64,000 nt of DNA from an uncultured delta proteobacterium (GCA_963827685.1 CAWHBU010000006.1:1-64000), one strand, 5' to 3'. Shown: positions 29,028 through 39,290, counted from the first letter of the stretch. The notes: generated from the letters alone by a model not told the origin. A program made the numbers and translations.

Positions 29028-29253
29028 TCAAAGTAAAGGAACAAACACTCCTCGGCATTTGGGGAAAAAGATTTGGGGTGACATTGATGATATTCATAAT
29101 ATTTTTTCATTCTGGAAACAATAGATAAAATAGCGGGGGAAACTTTTTGCCCCAAACTTTCTTTCGGATCGGCCTAGCGAGCAAAAAATAAAATTAATAA
29201 TAATAAGGTATTGAGGAGCAAAAGCTTTAAAATAATACGGACTGTGGGGTGGC

Positions 29254-29472
29254 TTGAGCAAGATGATAACATATAAAGTTCTCTATAAGAATTATAAGCT
29301 TAAAAAAGGCGAGCTTATGGGCGTATTAGTGGAGAGAAGGAAAGATTTGAGGGGAAAAAGCCTACTTGAATCTGGTTTGAGCTGGGCAAAATCGATGTTT
29401 GGCCAAACGGTGAAAAATAAACATGCGATCTTTGTTGTCCCCCATGAGTTGAACTTGAAAAAGGATTCCTAG
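29254..29472 (+). CDS. Small hypothetical protein with GVLVERRKD motif
   Basis: Similar to 10208-10456; start may be the ATG at 29263. Confidence 0.65.
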   Translation: MSKMITYKVLYKNYKLKKGELMGVLVERRKDLRGKSLLESGLSWAKSMFGQTVKNKHAIFVVPHELNLKKDS

Positions 29473-29569
29473 TGCCCGCGGAGAAGATGACCTTCAGTAA
29501 GGAGGAATTTTGGGAAAGGAGAAGAAGTTCACATTACGATTTTTTCGGTTTAGTCCATCTAAAAGACTA

Positions 29570-30674
29570 ATACAAACGCATTAAGTAATGTTACATAGCC
29601 TACGAATCTTTTGACAAGACCATGAGCGAGTTGTTTTACAAACGACAGACCAAAGATTATCAAGGTTTTCAAACCAACGGTTGGTGGTGGATTCATAGCG
29701 AACACTGCGCCAAATCCGTTCTTGCACGTTTAATCCCGGTTGATACGGGGGTAAATATTCGATATGGAGCCTCGGATGTTTTTTAAGAAATTGTTCGATG
29801 GGATCGCCTCTGTGCCAGCGGGCCCTGTCGACATAAAGCCAAATGGTATATTCTTTAAACCTTCCATAGAGGTGGCGCAAAAGTTTGAGAAACCCTTCTC
29901 TATCCCCCCGTTTTGTCTGAATCATGCCATAGCGTCCAAGCAAAGGATTGACCCACCCAGAGATATTCAAGCGGATACGATGCTGGCTGGTGGTGGGAAT
30001 CTTAAGACGCTTTCCTTTCTTCGCCCAGCCCCGGCTAAGCCTGGGGTGCATCGTAAAGCCTGTCTCATCCTGGAATACAATTGTCTCTTTTGGCCCCAGG
30101 GACTCAAGTTTTTTTTAAAGCCCGCTGGAACTTTCGGGCTTCTTGGCTTTGTGCTTGAAGATAAGAATAACTCGCTCTCTTTAACCGATAACCCAAATGA
30201 TGCATCCAGCGTTGGGCTTGCCGCACCTTCAGGTTTATCCCGAAAGACCGCTTCAGATGAATCGCAACCGTTGGCCCATCCCATTGAGTCCGGTTTAAAC
30301 CAAATTCCCGCGGAGACTTCTCTAAGTGTCCCTCCAGCACCCTTTGAATCTTTGTCTCTAACCGTGAAGGCCTTCCCGATCTTGGCTTGGATTTTAAGAA
30401 CTCTAAGCCGTCTTTGTTCACCCCGTGAATCCATCGGCTTAAACTCATCCGGGTCAACCCTAACACCTCGGTTATCCATCCCGGACGTTGCCCTTCAAGC
30501 ACCAGGAGTAAGGCGGCTATCTTTATGCCTATCCAAGCCCCTGATATTTGTTCGGCTAATGCTAATAAACGCTCTTTATTGGCCTCTTTATGCTCTAAGA
30601 TTAATGTGGGATTTTTCATGCCCACATATTAACATAAATAAACTGCTATGTCACTTTATTTAGGACGTTCGTAT
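29570..30674 (-). mobile_element. IS630-family insertion sequence
   Basis: Ends atacaaacg / cgttcgtat with TA on both sides; two-ORF transposase. Confidence 0.8.
29581..30625 (-). CDS. IS630 transposase split into HTH ORF (30104-30625) and DDE ORF, probably joined by a programmed frameshift
   Basis: RSGRPS HTH, DRARWH, LPPYQPGLNVQERIW; A8 run near 30109-30116. Confidence 0.85.
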
Positions 30675-30712
30675 TAATTAGTTGTGAAATAAATCCAATT
30701 ATCAAAAATCAT

Positions 30713-30743
30713 AGGCAGGATCAGAAATGATTCTGCCTTTCTT
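30713..30743 (+). terminator. Terminator-like hairpin related to those at 10494 and 33533
   Basis: aggcaggatca..tgattctgcct followed by ttctt. Confidence 0.65.
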
Positions 30744-31190
30744 GCTTAAACATTGCATTCCGTAATCGTTGATTTATACTGGCCTCATAGATTGTAGATA
30801 GGTAGGTGAACTCGCCAAATGTTGCTATCAACCTGCTCCAAAAATCTCGAAAAGGAAATTTCATTTAGTACTTCCTGAAATCCTCAAGAGTGAATTTCAA
30901 GATCAGCACGAGGATTACAATTGATAATCAGCAATTTCCTAAGATAAAAAACAGAGCCATTTTCGGCTCTCCTGAGGTGGCAGGGAGGGCAGAGGTGCTG
31001 CGGCGAACCTAAACGGGCACGAAACTGGAAACGGTAGATACAGCCAAGGGAATACCTAAGGTAACTCACTATTCTCTGACCCTACGATTGCATAATGCAA
31101 TCAAAAAACGTCATAAATCTTATTGCTGCGAAATTCTATTTGTTTCTGGAAACCATTAAATATCAAACTGTTACATGAATTAATTGTTTT

Positions 31191-31206
31191 TGGCATTGAA
31201 ATTGCT
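31191..31206 (+). promoter_or_regulatory. Sigma54 promoter upstream of the riboswitch
   Basis: TGGCATTGAAATTGCT. Confidence 0.75.
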
Positions 31207-31245
31207 CATATCAGGGCAATAGAAAAAACCCTGATTCATATTTAG

Positions 31246-31325
31246 CGATAAAGCCAAACCACGAGTAATCGTGGGACGGAAAGCCATGGGTCCCAGATTT
31301 ATGGGATAGCCAGGTTGCCGAAATC
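31246..31325 (+). ncRNA. c-di-GMP-I (GEMM) riboswitch aptamer
   Basis: gccAAAccacga-GTAA-tcgtggGACGGAAAGcc..P3 tccc/ggga..agccaggttgCCGaaatc; G at the position equivalent to G20 (31253). Confidence 0.9.
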
Positions 31326-31335
31326 AAATCAAAGG

Positions 31336-31384
31336 AACCGGGTTACCGTGGCTTCATTCAAAATGGTAATCCGGTTTTTATTTT
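31336..31384 (+). terminator. Terminator of the riboswitch expression platform
   Basis: aaccgggttaccgt..atggtaatccggtt followed by tttatttt. Confidence 0.75.
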
Positions 31385-31562
31385 AAGGAATTGGGATGAG
31401 GTCTGAACGATGGCAAAAAGTAAACAATTAATGGTAGGCATACAGCATCTTAGAGCCAATTGGTTTTCATTCAGATTACTATATCTAAGAGCATTGATAA
31501 AAGCATTTGGCCTAATCGGCAGACTGGAAAATAAGTTCCTTTACTAAAAGAGGAGGTACACC

Positions 31563-31817
31563 ATGTTTACGGGTGAAGAGCTGATGCAATGGATAGAACA
31601 TTTTGGTCGGTGGAACGTACAGGAATTTGTAGCTAGAAGACAAGATATGGGAGATGTGCTCACTTATCTCCGGGCGGAGAGGGTCCTAGAAATGGTCAAG
31701 GCCATGCCATTTGTGACCGCAGACACAGTTAGTTTTGAAAAGAGGACAAGTCTGACCCCTACCACTGAGGGGTCAGAATTATGTGCAGAAGATGGATTGA
31801 TTCTGAACCTTGTGTGA
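31563..31817 (+). CDS. Small hypothetical protein downstream of the riboswitch
   Basis: AGGAGG RBS; 84 aa. Confidence 0.65.
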   Translation: MFTGEELMQWIEHFGRWNVQEFVARRQDMGDVLTYLRAERVLEMVKAMPFVTADTVSFEKRTSLTPTTEGSELCAEDGLILNLV

Positions 31818-31899
31818 ATTAATGGGTTGGAAGAAATTAAGGCAAGGGTATGCTCAGATAAAATCTCGACTTAAAAGCAACCGGATCGGAGCATAGAGA

Positions 31900-32853
31900 A
31901 TGGGTGTCTCCTATAAAATACTTATCGTGGATGATAAAGAACAGGTACGCAATTTCCTCATATCCTTGTTTTCCAAATACGGCCATAGCTGCGAAACGGC
32001 AAAAAATGGAATAGAAGCTTTAGAAAAACTCAAGAAGAATTCCTTTGATTCAGCGGTAATTGACATTGTCATGCCTCTTATGGATGGGATTACTCTTACC
32101 AAGGAATTGTTAAAATTATATCCTAGGTTTCCCGTCATGATCATGACTGGGCAGGATAATGAACATTCCGCTTCGTCAGCCATGGCTGCAGGAGCTCGGG
32201 AATTCATAAAAAAGCCCTTTTCCATCGACGAAATTATCCTCCGTTTTGATAAAATGATGCGTGACCTTAAAGGAGAGGAGGAGTTGCTGGCTCTTTCCCT
32301 CACAGATGAGCTTACGGACCTGTATAATCGGCGGAAATTCTTTATTTTGACAGAACAGTGTTTTAAGGTAGCCGTTCGGAAAAAGAAAAGGTGGATGCTC
32401 CTTTATATCGATATAGATAACTTAAAATGGATCAACGACCACTGCGGACATAGCGAGGGAGACCAAGCATTAATAGGCCTGGGCAGCATCCTTAAAAAGA
32501 CCTTTCGGGAGTCGGATGTCATTGCTCGGATTGGAGGAGATGAATTTGCGGTTCTATTAGAATCCACTGACGGGAGCGATGAGATTCTTATGACTCGCTT
32601 GTATGAAAACATAAGGGATTATAATGCCAGAGTGTCCCAAGATTATGTGTTATCGATCAGTGTGGGAGCTGCTCAGTTTGATCCTGAATATCCTATTTCG
32701 ATAGATAAGCTCCTATCTAAGGCGGATAGCTTGATGTATGCCCAGAAACGGAGAGCGAAGGAAATGCTTCAAGGGAAAAACCAGAGACCATCACCCTCAG
32801 ATTTCCTATTGAAACAAGACACGAATTTGCTAATAGAGAAAAAGGAGGTATAA
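31900..32853 (+). CDS. Response-regulator diguanylate cyclase (REC-GGDEF)
   Basis: ILIVDD, DIVMPLMDG, KPF; I-site RESD; RIGGDEF. Confidence 0.95.
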   Translation: MGVSYKILIVDDKEQVRNFLISLFSKYGHSCETAKNGIEALEKLKKNSFDSAVIDIVMPLMDGITLTKELLKLYPRFPVMIMTGQDNEHSASSAMAAGAREFIKKPFSIDEIILRFDKMMRDLKGEEELLALSLTDELTDLYNRRKFFILTEQCFKVAVRKKKRWMLLYIDIDNLKWINDHCGHSEGDQALIGLGSILKKTFRESDVIARIGGDEFAVLLESTDGSDEILMTRLYENIRDYNARVSQDYVLSISVGAAQFDPEYPISIDKLLSKADSLMYAQKRRAKEMLQGKNQRPSPSDFLLKQDTNLLIEKKEV

Positions 32854-32860
32854 GAAGACG

Positions 32861-33295
32861 ATAGAAGAATCAATTATCGACAGAGAGAGAAGAACCCATC
32901 CCAGGTTTATTATTGATTTGCCCCTTGAATATCGGGATGCGAATGACTCCTGTTTACGTGGAGCGATTGTTGTGAATGCAAGTGAGGGAGGTTTTCTCAT
33001 CGAATCCACCAGAGACATCCCTGTTGGTACGGATTTAAGTATCACTGTCCTGTTTCCAAAGGGGTTTGAATTGACTAACTTCAAAGCGGTGGCGGAGATT
33101 GTGTGGAAGAAACCTTATTCGAAAGAAGATTTGAAAGGAAACCAGCACTGGAAAGGATACCAGTATGGATTAGAGTTTATTCAGATATTTGGTGAGGATC
33201 GTTGGAAACTGAACCTTCTTCTCAGTGGCCGATACAATTTGGAAGAGATGCCCACAATTAATGAAGTCCACACTGATAAGGAGGCGGAGTTTTAA
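32861..33295 (+). CDS. PilZ protein paralog; the aligned start codon is ATA
   Basis: Colinear with 28593-29027; ERRTHPR and NASEGG retained. Confidence 0.75.
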   Translation: MEESIIDRERRTHPRFIIDLPLEYRDANDSCLRGAIVVNASEGGFLIESTRDIPVGTDLSITVLFPKGFELTNFKAVAEIVWKKPYSKEDLKGNQHWKGYQYGLEFIQIFGEDRWKLNLLLSGRYNLEEMPTINEVHTDKEAEF

Positions 33296-33319
33296 TCAAA
33301 GTAAAGGAGGTAAGACTCC

Positions 33320-33499
33320 ATGGCATTTGTGGAAGGAGATAGATTCAAGCATAAGTTAACCGGGCAATTATATGAGGTGAAAGTAATTAAAGATGATACA
33401 ATTGTTTTAGGGTCGGAAGATACATCTTATAGGATGTGGTTTGGTGAAGCAGATTTGGAATTATTTTTCGAGATGGTAGAGAAAAGAACAAGGGGCTAA
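33320..33499 (+). CDS. 59-aa hypothetical protein missing from the ORF track
   Basis: AAGGAGG RBS; MAFVEGDRFKHKLTGQLYEVKVIKDD...; followed by a terminator. Confidence 0.65.
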   Translation: MAFVEGDRFKHKLTGQLYEVKVIKDDTIVLGSEDTSYRMWFGEADLELFFEMVEKRTRG

Positions 33500-33532
33500 A
33501 AAAGTAAGTCAATATTCAGTTCTCAAAGAGCG

Positions 33533-33563
33533 AGGCAGGGTCAGTAAGGGTCCTGCCTTTTTT
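33533..33563 (+). terminator. Intrinsic terminator
   Basis: aggcagggtc..ggtcctgcct followed by a T-tract. Confidence 0.8.
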
Positions 33564-34018
33564 ATGCACATTTCTAATCGTAATCGTCGACATTGGGGAC
33601 TGTATTGGATTGAAGACTTGTAGGTGAATTCCTCAATTTAGGCTCTCCAATATCCTCAGAGGGCGAAGGGGACATCCTATATTCTTTTTGTCGAGAGAAA
33701 AAGTGAGAGTTCGAAAAATATTTTTCAAGACAACTCCTTAGAAAGAGATCTCTTCATTCGCCGACACTTCTGCATCAAATCCTCATAGCCTGTTTCGGAT
33801 TTTAGCCTTACTCAACGATTCTCTTGCCGCAAACAATACCTGCATCTCACCGGTACCGTTATTCGGTGTGCCACAGCCTGTCGACACCTGGCCCCTTATG
33901 TCTTTTCCAGACTCAAACGCAGGGCGGGAATTCGACTTCGCAGATAAAAATATCGATTCCCTTTAGCGGCAGTTGTGTTAACATTGATCATCGCGAGATT
34001 AAATTCTGAGGAGAATTT

Positions 34019-35908
34019 ATGGCTGGAGAGTACAAGCGGGCATATGAGGAATCAATTCATCACCCTGAAGCATTCTGGGAAAAAGCAGCAAAAGAGATCC
34101 ACTGGTACAAGCCCTTTGAGAGAATTCTCGATGGGTCGAGCAAACCTTTTTACCGATGGTTTCAAGGAGGCGAATTGGGTACTTGCTACAATGCAGTTGA
34201 CTACCATGTTGATCGAGGAAGAGGGGATCAATGGGCCATCATTTATGATAGCCCCGTAACAGGAGAGATAAGAAGAATCACGTATCGGGAGCTGCTCAAT
34301 TCGGTAGCAAGATTTGCAGGAGTTTTGTCTGAGTATGGAGCGAAGAAGGGTGACAGGGTGATCATTTATATGCCGACAATTCCGGAGACTGCCATTGCCA
34401 TGCTTGGGTGCGCACGAATTGGTGCGATTCACTCCGTCGTTTTTGGAGGATTTGCGCCGAAGGAACTTGCTGTAAGAATTGACGACGCAAAGCCGAAACT
34501 TTTGATATCCGCCTCCTGCGGCTTTGAAGGTGAAAAGCTTATCGAGTATAAGCCTCTGTTGGACAAAGCTTTGGAAATAGCCAATCATAAATTGGAGAGG
34601 TGCATTATTTATCAACGAAAACAATCACAGGCCACATTGATCAAGGGCAGGGACGTTGATTGGAAGGAAGCGGTGTCAAAGGCATCGATGAAGGATTGTG
34701 TGCCTGTTGCCTCCACTGATCCCCTCTACATTTTATATACTTCAGGCACCACGGGCGCTCCAAAGGGCATCGTTCGTGATCACGGAGGTCACGCTGTCGC
34801 CCTCAAGTGGAGTATGAAATATGTCTACGGAGTTGAACCCGGAGATGTCTATTGGGCGGCTTCCGATGTGGGCTGGGTCGTTGGCCATTCCTATATGATC
34901 TATGGCCCTCTGCTCCACGGATGCACGACTGTGATGTATGAAGGAAGACCCGTGGGAACACCCGATCCAGGAGCCTTCTGGAGAGTTGTTTCGGAGCATC
35001 AAGTGAAGGTACTTTTTACAGCACCCACCGCAATTCGAGCGATTAAAAGGGAAGACCCGAAGGGAGAATTTATCAAAAAGTACGATCTCTCTCCCTTGAA
35101 ATATCTTTTCATTGTGGGCGAGAGACTGGATCCGGATACCTACTATTGGGTGAGCGAGTTGTTGAAAAAACCTGTGATTGATCATTGGTGGCAAACCGAA
35201 ACAGGATGGCCCGCCGCTTCGAACTGTATGGGATTAGAACCCTTTCCGATAAAACCAGGATCAGCCACAAAGCCCGTACCAGGATATCAGGTGGAAATCT
35301 TGGACAACAAAGGTGAGGTCCTTCCACCCGAGACAGAAGGGATTGTTGCGATCAAGTTGCCCCTTCCCCCAGGATCTCTTGTTACACTATGGAAAGATGA
35401 TTCAAGGTTCAAGGAGTCTTATCTCGATACATACCCCGGATACTATTATACAGGAGATGGAGGCTATTTTGACGGAGATGGATATCTCTATATTATGGGC
35501 CGGGTGGATGATGTGATCACTGTCGCCGGCTATCGGCTCTCAACGGGAAGAATGGAAGAGGTGATTGCTAACCATTCGGATGTGGCGGAGTGTGCCGTCG
35601 TCGGCTCTGCGATAGGGTTCCCCGTTGGATTTGTAGTATTAAAGTCAGATGTTACAAGAAATCCGAACCAGATCGTGAAGGAGCTTTTAAAAATGGTCAG
35701 GGATAAGCTTGGAACGTTTGCTTCTTTGAAGCAGGCAGTTGTTGTGAAACGGCTGCCCAAAACGAAATCAGGAAAAATTCTGAGAGGAACAATGAGAAGA
35801 ATTGTGGATGGGAAAAAATACACCATTCCCTCGACCATCGATGATCCAACCATTCTAAAGGAGATTGAGAAAGCCGTTAAGATGATTCAGCAGGATAAAA
35901 ACACGTAA
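34019..35908 (+). CDS. prpE: Propionyl-/acetyl-CoA synthetase family ligase
   Basis: YTSGTTGAPKG, DHWWQTETG, GRVDDV, LPKTKSGKILR. Confidence 0.85.
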   Translation: MAGEYKRAYEESIHHPEAFWEKAAKEIHWYKPFERILDGSSKPFYRWFQGGELGTCYNAVDYHVDRGRGDQWAIIYDSPVTGEIRRITYRELLNSVARFAGVLSEYGAKKGDRVIIYMPTIPETAIAMLGCARIGAIHSVVFGGFAPKELAVRIDDAKPKLLISASCGFEGEKLIEYKPLLDKALEIANHKLERCIIYQRKQSQATLIKGRDVDWKEAVSKASMKDCVPVASTDPLYILYTSGTTGAPKGIVRDHGGHAVALKWSMKYVYGVEPGDVYWAASDVGWVVGHSYMIYGPLLHGCTTVMYEGRPVGTPDPGAFWRVVSEHQVKVLFTAPTAIRAIKREDPKGEFIKKYDLSPLKYLFIVGERLDPDTYYWVSELLKKPVIDHWWQTETGWPAASNCMGLEPFPIKPGSATKPVPGYQVEILDNKGEVLPPETEGIVAIKLPLPPGSLVTLWKDDSRFKESYLDTYPGYYYTGDGGYFDGDGYLYIMGRVDDVITVAGYRLSTGRMEEVIANHSDVAECAVVGSAIGFPVGFVVLKSDVTRNPNQIVKELLKMVRDKLGTFASLKQAVVVKRLPKTKSGKILRGTMRRIVDGKKYTIPSTIDDPTILKEIEKAVKMIQQDKNT

Positions 35909-36003
35909 GAATTTAATTACCACGGAAAGGGGGCGTTGACACATAGGGGACATTGGTTCTAAAACAACATGACGGGCGGAGCAGAAGGATGTAATGTGCC
36001 AAT

Positions 36004-36245
36004 ATGCCAAGACAGCCAAGACTGGATGCTCCTGGAGCCTTGCATCATATAATAGGACGGGGCATCGAACGGACAAGCATATTCCGCACTGGTCGAGACT
36101 GGGAGGTTTCCTTAAAAGGATAGCAGGTTCGTCTATGGCCTGGGAGCTAATGTTCCTTATGCCCAACCACTTCCATTTATTGCTTCGGACGGATCGGCAA
36201 TTTATTCTGAAGAGTATGGGGCCCCTCCAAAAAAAACTTTTTTAG
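36004..36245 (+). pseudogene. Frameshifted and truncated RAYT remnant
   Basis: ATG at 36004 reads MPRQPRLDAPGALHHIIGRGIER; another frame reads LMPNHFHLLLRT (HUH). Confidence 0.8.
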
Positions 36246-36337
36246 CTTGACAATCCTGGGCGATCTATGTCATTAATTTATAAATTTTTTCTCTTTCAAT
36301 TTTCCTGATCTTTACCCAAACTCGGGAGGAATAGTGA

Positions 36338-37675
36338 ATGACGCGTAAGATCTTGGCGGTGGGGATGATATGGCTCTTGTCTTCCGGATGCCTGCCCCAC
36401 CCAGGCTCTCTCTCTGAAAAAAAAGATACTATCTCTCCCTCTACAAAAAATGAGGCTCCTCTCTCTGCTCAAAAAGAATTGGAAAAGTCCCCTTCTCAGG
36501 AACTGCCTCCCTCTCCCAAAGAATCTGCTCCAGCCTATTCTTCACCTTCGACGGAAAACCAGGTTGTATGGAGCCTGGATCTTCCGATCAGTGACGAATC
36601 CAATGACGATTTCACTCTCGAGGTCTTCCCGAAAGATCGCCAAAAACAAGGGCAGGAATTCGATATCCCTATTGTGATCAATGCGAAGGTGGAACAATTC
36701 ATTCAACACTTTCAGACGAAGGCCAGGAAGGTGTTCACCCTTTGGCTGGCGCGGTCAGAAAAATATATCCCCTCCATGAAGAAACTCCTGAAGGAGAATG
36801 GTCTTCCAGAAGACCTCGTCTATTTGGCGCTTATCGAGAGTGGCTTCAATCCTTATGCCTATTCCAGGAGCAAGGCATCCGGTCCCTGGCAATTCATTTA
36901 CCTCACAGGGAGAAGATATGGGTTGAGGTCAAACTGGTGGATTGATGAGAGGAGAGATCCCGAGAAATCGACCATCGCTGCGGCCAAATATCTCAAAGAC
37001 CTTTATGATATGTTTGAATGTTGGTATCTCGCCGCCGCCGGTTACAATGCCGGCGAAAAAAAGATTGCCACCGCGATGAAACGTTATGGGACAGAGGACT
37101 TCTGGGAATTAACAAAATATCGATACCTGAAACGGGAGACAAAAGACTATGTCCCCCAGATGATTGCCGCTGCGCTCATTGCGAAAGATCCGGAGAAATA
37201 TGGATTCGTCGGCATCGAATACCAAGAGCCCCTCCGTTATGAGAAGGTGAAGGTGCCCGAGGTCACCGATCTTCGTCTGATCGCCCAGGCCTGCGAAGTG
37301 ACCGTTGATGAGATAAAGAACCTTAATCCCGAGCTGTCGAGATGGTGCACCCCTCCAAACTTTCCCGACTATGAGATTAAAATTCCCTTTGGAAAGAAGG
37401 AGCCTTTCTTAAGAAATTTTGAAGCCCTTTATCCCGGTGAAAGATTCCAATTCAAAACCCATATCGTCAAAAAAGGGGACACCCTTTCAAAAATTGCCAA
37501 ACTTTACCGGGTCGGCCTGGAACCGATCCTTGAGATCAACCGATTGAATAAGAAGAGCCGCCTCTCCACAGGGATGAATCTTCTCATCCCCCTGCCGAAA
37601 GATCCGGATCCAAAACCGCGTAGCATAGCTAAGAAAAAATCTGATGGAATAGACCAACATCCAACCGCCTTTTGA
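36338..37675 (+). CDS. MltD-like lytic transglycosylase lipoprotein with LysM
   Basis: Lipobox SSGC, LALIESG, GPWQF, AGYNAG, HIVKKGDTLSKIA. Confidence 0.9.
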   Translation: MTRKILAVGMIWLLSSGCLPHPGSLSEKKDTISPSTKNEAPLSAQKELEKSPSQELPPSPKESAPAYSSPSTENQVVWSLDLPISDESNDDFTLEVFPKDRQKQGQEFDIPIVINAKVEQFIQHFQTKARKVFTLWLARSEKYIPSMKKLLKENGLPEDLVYLALIESGFNPYAYSRSKASGPWQFIYLTGRRYGLRSNWWIDERRDPEKSTIAAAKYLKDLYDMFECWYLAAAGYNAGEKKIATAMKRYGTEDFWELTKYRYLKRETKDYVPQMIAAALIAKDPEKYGFVGIEYQEPLRYEKVKVPEVTDLRLIAQACEVTVDEIKNLNPELSRWCTPPNFPDYEIKIPFGKKEPFLRNFEALYPGERFQFKTHIVKKGDTLSKIAKLYRVGLEPILEINRLNKKSRLSTGMNLLIPLPKDPDPKPRSIAKKKSDGIDQHPTAF

Positions 37676-37737
37676 GAACTTTTTTATGAAACGGTAAGGT
37701 AAACTTAAGGGACAATTGGGGACAGTTCCAACATCAT

Positions 37738-37766
37738 TTGACAATCCAAGTAAAAAAAGATAGATT
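37738..37766 (+). promoter_or_regulatory. Sigma70-type promoter
   Basis: TTGACA-17 nt-TAGATT. Confidence 0.6.
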
Positions 37767-37805
37767 ATGAAAACAATTAATTTTAATAATCTTAAGGAGC
37801 AAACG

Positions 37806-39275
37806 ATGTACAAGAAAATGGCTAAAAGTTTGGGGTTGGGTCTCATCTTTGTTGTCCTTCTCTTTGGCCTCTTTTTCTGTATGAATAACGACCGGGCCAA
37901 CTCCCTCAGCAACACGAAAGATGACAAGGAAAAGATGACAACGACGAAGTCCCTCGGCAGGGCCTTTGTGGAAGTGGCCAAGAAAGTTCAACCTGCTGTG
38001 GTCAACATTACCACAGAAAAAACCATTACGATGAGACCCTGGGATAGATACGGAGAAGACTTCTTCAGGGGAAGTCCATTTGAGGACTTCTTCAAGGGTT
38101 TCGGTTTTTCACCCCGAGAAAAAGGAAAGGAATACAGACATAAACAGAGAAGCGGAGGGTCGGGGGTCATTGTTGATAAAGAAGGCTATATTTTGACGAA
38201 CAATCACGTGGTGGAGGATGCAGAGAAGATCAAAATACGTCTTAATGACGGAAGAGAGTTTACGGCAACGCTCAAAGGCCAAGATTCAAGGACAGATCTT
38301 GCCGTCCTCCATATCAAAGCCAAAGATCTTCCCGTCGCCACGTTGGGCGATTCAGATAATTTAGAGGTTGGAGAATGGGCCATTGCCATTGGAAGCCCCT
38401 TTGGCCTGGAGCACACGGTCACGGTGGGAGTGATCAGTGCGAAAGGCCGGTCGGGATTGGGAACGGGAAATTATGAAGATTTCATTCAAACCGACGCTTC
38501 CATCAATCCAGGCAACTCCGGAGGTCCCCTGATCAATATCGACGGAGAGGTGGTCGGCATTAATGCCATGATCATCCAGCCTGGCACAGGGATCGGATTT
38601 GCCATTCCCATTAATATGGCCAAACAGATCTTGAGCGATCTCATCAAGCAGGGCAAAGTGGTCCGGCCGTGGCTGGGCATCGGCGTACAAGACCTCACGC
38701 CTGAGATGGCGGAACAATTCCAAGTGAAAGAGAAGGAGGGAGTTCTGGTCGCACAAATCCATCAAGGAACCGGTGCCGAAAAAGCGGGGCTCGTTTCGGG
38801 GGACATCATCAAATCGGTGGATGAGAAAGCCATTAAGAACACCAATGAACTCATTAAAGAAATCCAAAAGAAAAAGGTGGGCCAAAAAGTAAAGCTTAAC
38901 GTGGTCAGGGATGGAAAGCCCATGAACGTTGAGGTCACCACCACTGCGATGCCAGACAAACCAGAGGCCTTGAAGGAAAAAGAGAGTGAAGAAAAATTGG
39001 GAGCAAGGATTCAAGAACTTACCCCTTCACTGGCTGCACGATATCGAATCTCGGGCGAGATAAAGCGTGGTGTTGTCATCGTCGGTATTGAAGAGGGCAG
39101 CCCTGCCGATGATATGGGCCTTCAGGAAGGGGATGTCATCCTGGAGATCAACCGAAAAAAGATCGAGACGACCAAGGATTTTGAAAAAGCGATCAAGGAT
39201 CTCAGCTTGGAGAAAGGGATTGTTTTCCGCCTTCATCGGAGGGGAAACACTTTTTATCATTCTTTCAAAAAATAA
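37806..39275 (+). CDS. Do/DegQ-family serine protease with two PDZ domains
   Basis: LTNNHVV, TDLAV, QTDASINPGNSGGPL. Confidence 0.95.
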   Translation: MYKKMAKSLGLGLIFVVLLFGLFFCMNNDRANSLSNTKDDKEKMTTTKSLGRAFVEVAKKVQPAVVNITTEKTITMRPWDRYGEDFFRGSPFEDFFKGFGFSPREKGKEYRHKQRSGGSGVIVDKEGYILTNNHVVEDAEKIKIRLNDGREFTATLKGQDSRTDLAVLHIKAKDLPVATLGDSDNLEVGEWAIAIGSPFGLEHTVTVGVISAKGRSGLGTGNYEDFIQTDASINPGNSGGPLINIDGEVVGINAMIIQPGTGIGFAIPINMAKQILSDLIKQGKVVRPWLGIGVQDLTPEMAEQFQVKEKEGVLVAQIHQGTGAEKAGLVSGDIIKSVDEKAIKNTNELIKEIQKKKVGQKVKLNVVRDGKPMNVEVTTTAMPDKPEALKEKESEEKLGARIQELTPSLAARYRISGEIKRGVVIVGIEEGSPADDMGLQEGDVILEINRKKIETTKDFEKAIKDLSLEKGIVFRLHRRGNTFYHSFKK

Positions 39276-39290
39276 CCTTAAGCGAATTTA

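Noticed and set aside
29764-30663. 299-aa plus-strand ORF
   Set aside because: Antisense to the IS630 transposase with no recognisable motifs.
31246-31325. cGAMP-sensing GEMM-Ib variant
   Set aside because: The position equivalent to 20 is G (31253), not A.
33700-34000. Possible structured RNA or group II intron fragment upstream of prpE
   Set aside because: I could not find a domain V, splice-site motif or convincing helices by eye; an Rfam scan would settle it.
35994-36245. 83-aa ORF as an intact gene
   Set aside because: Better explained as mixed frames of a RAYT pseudogene.
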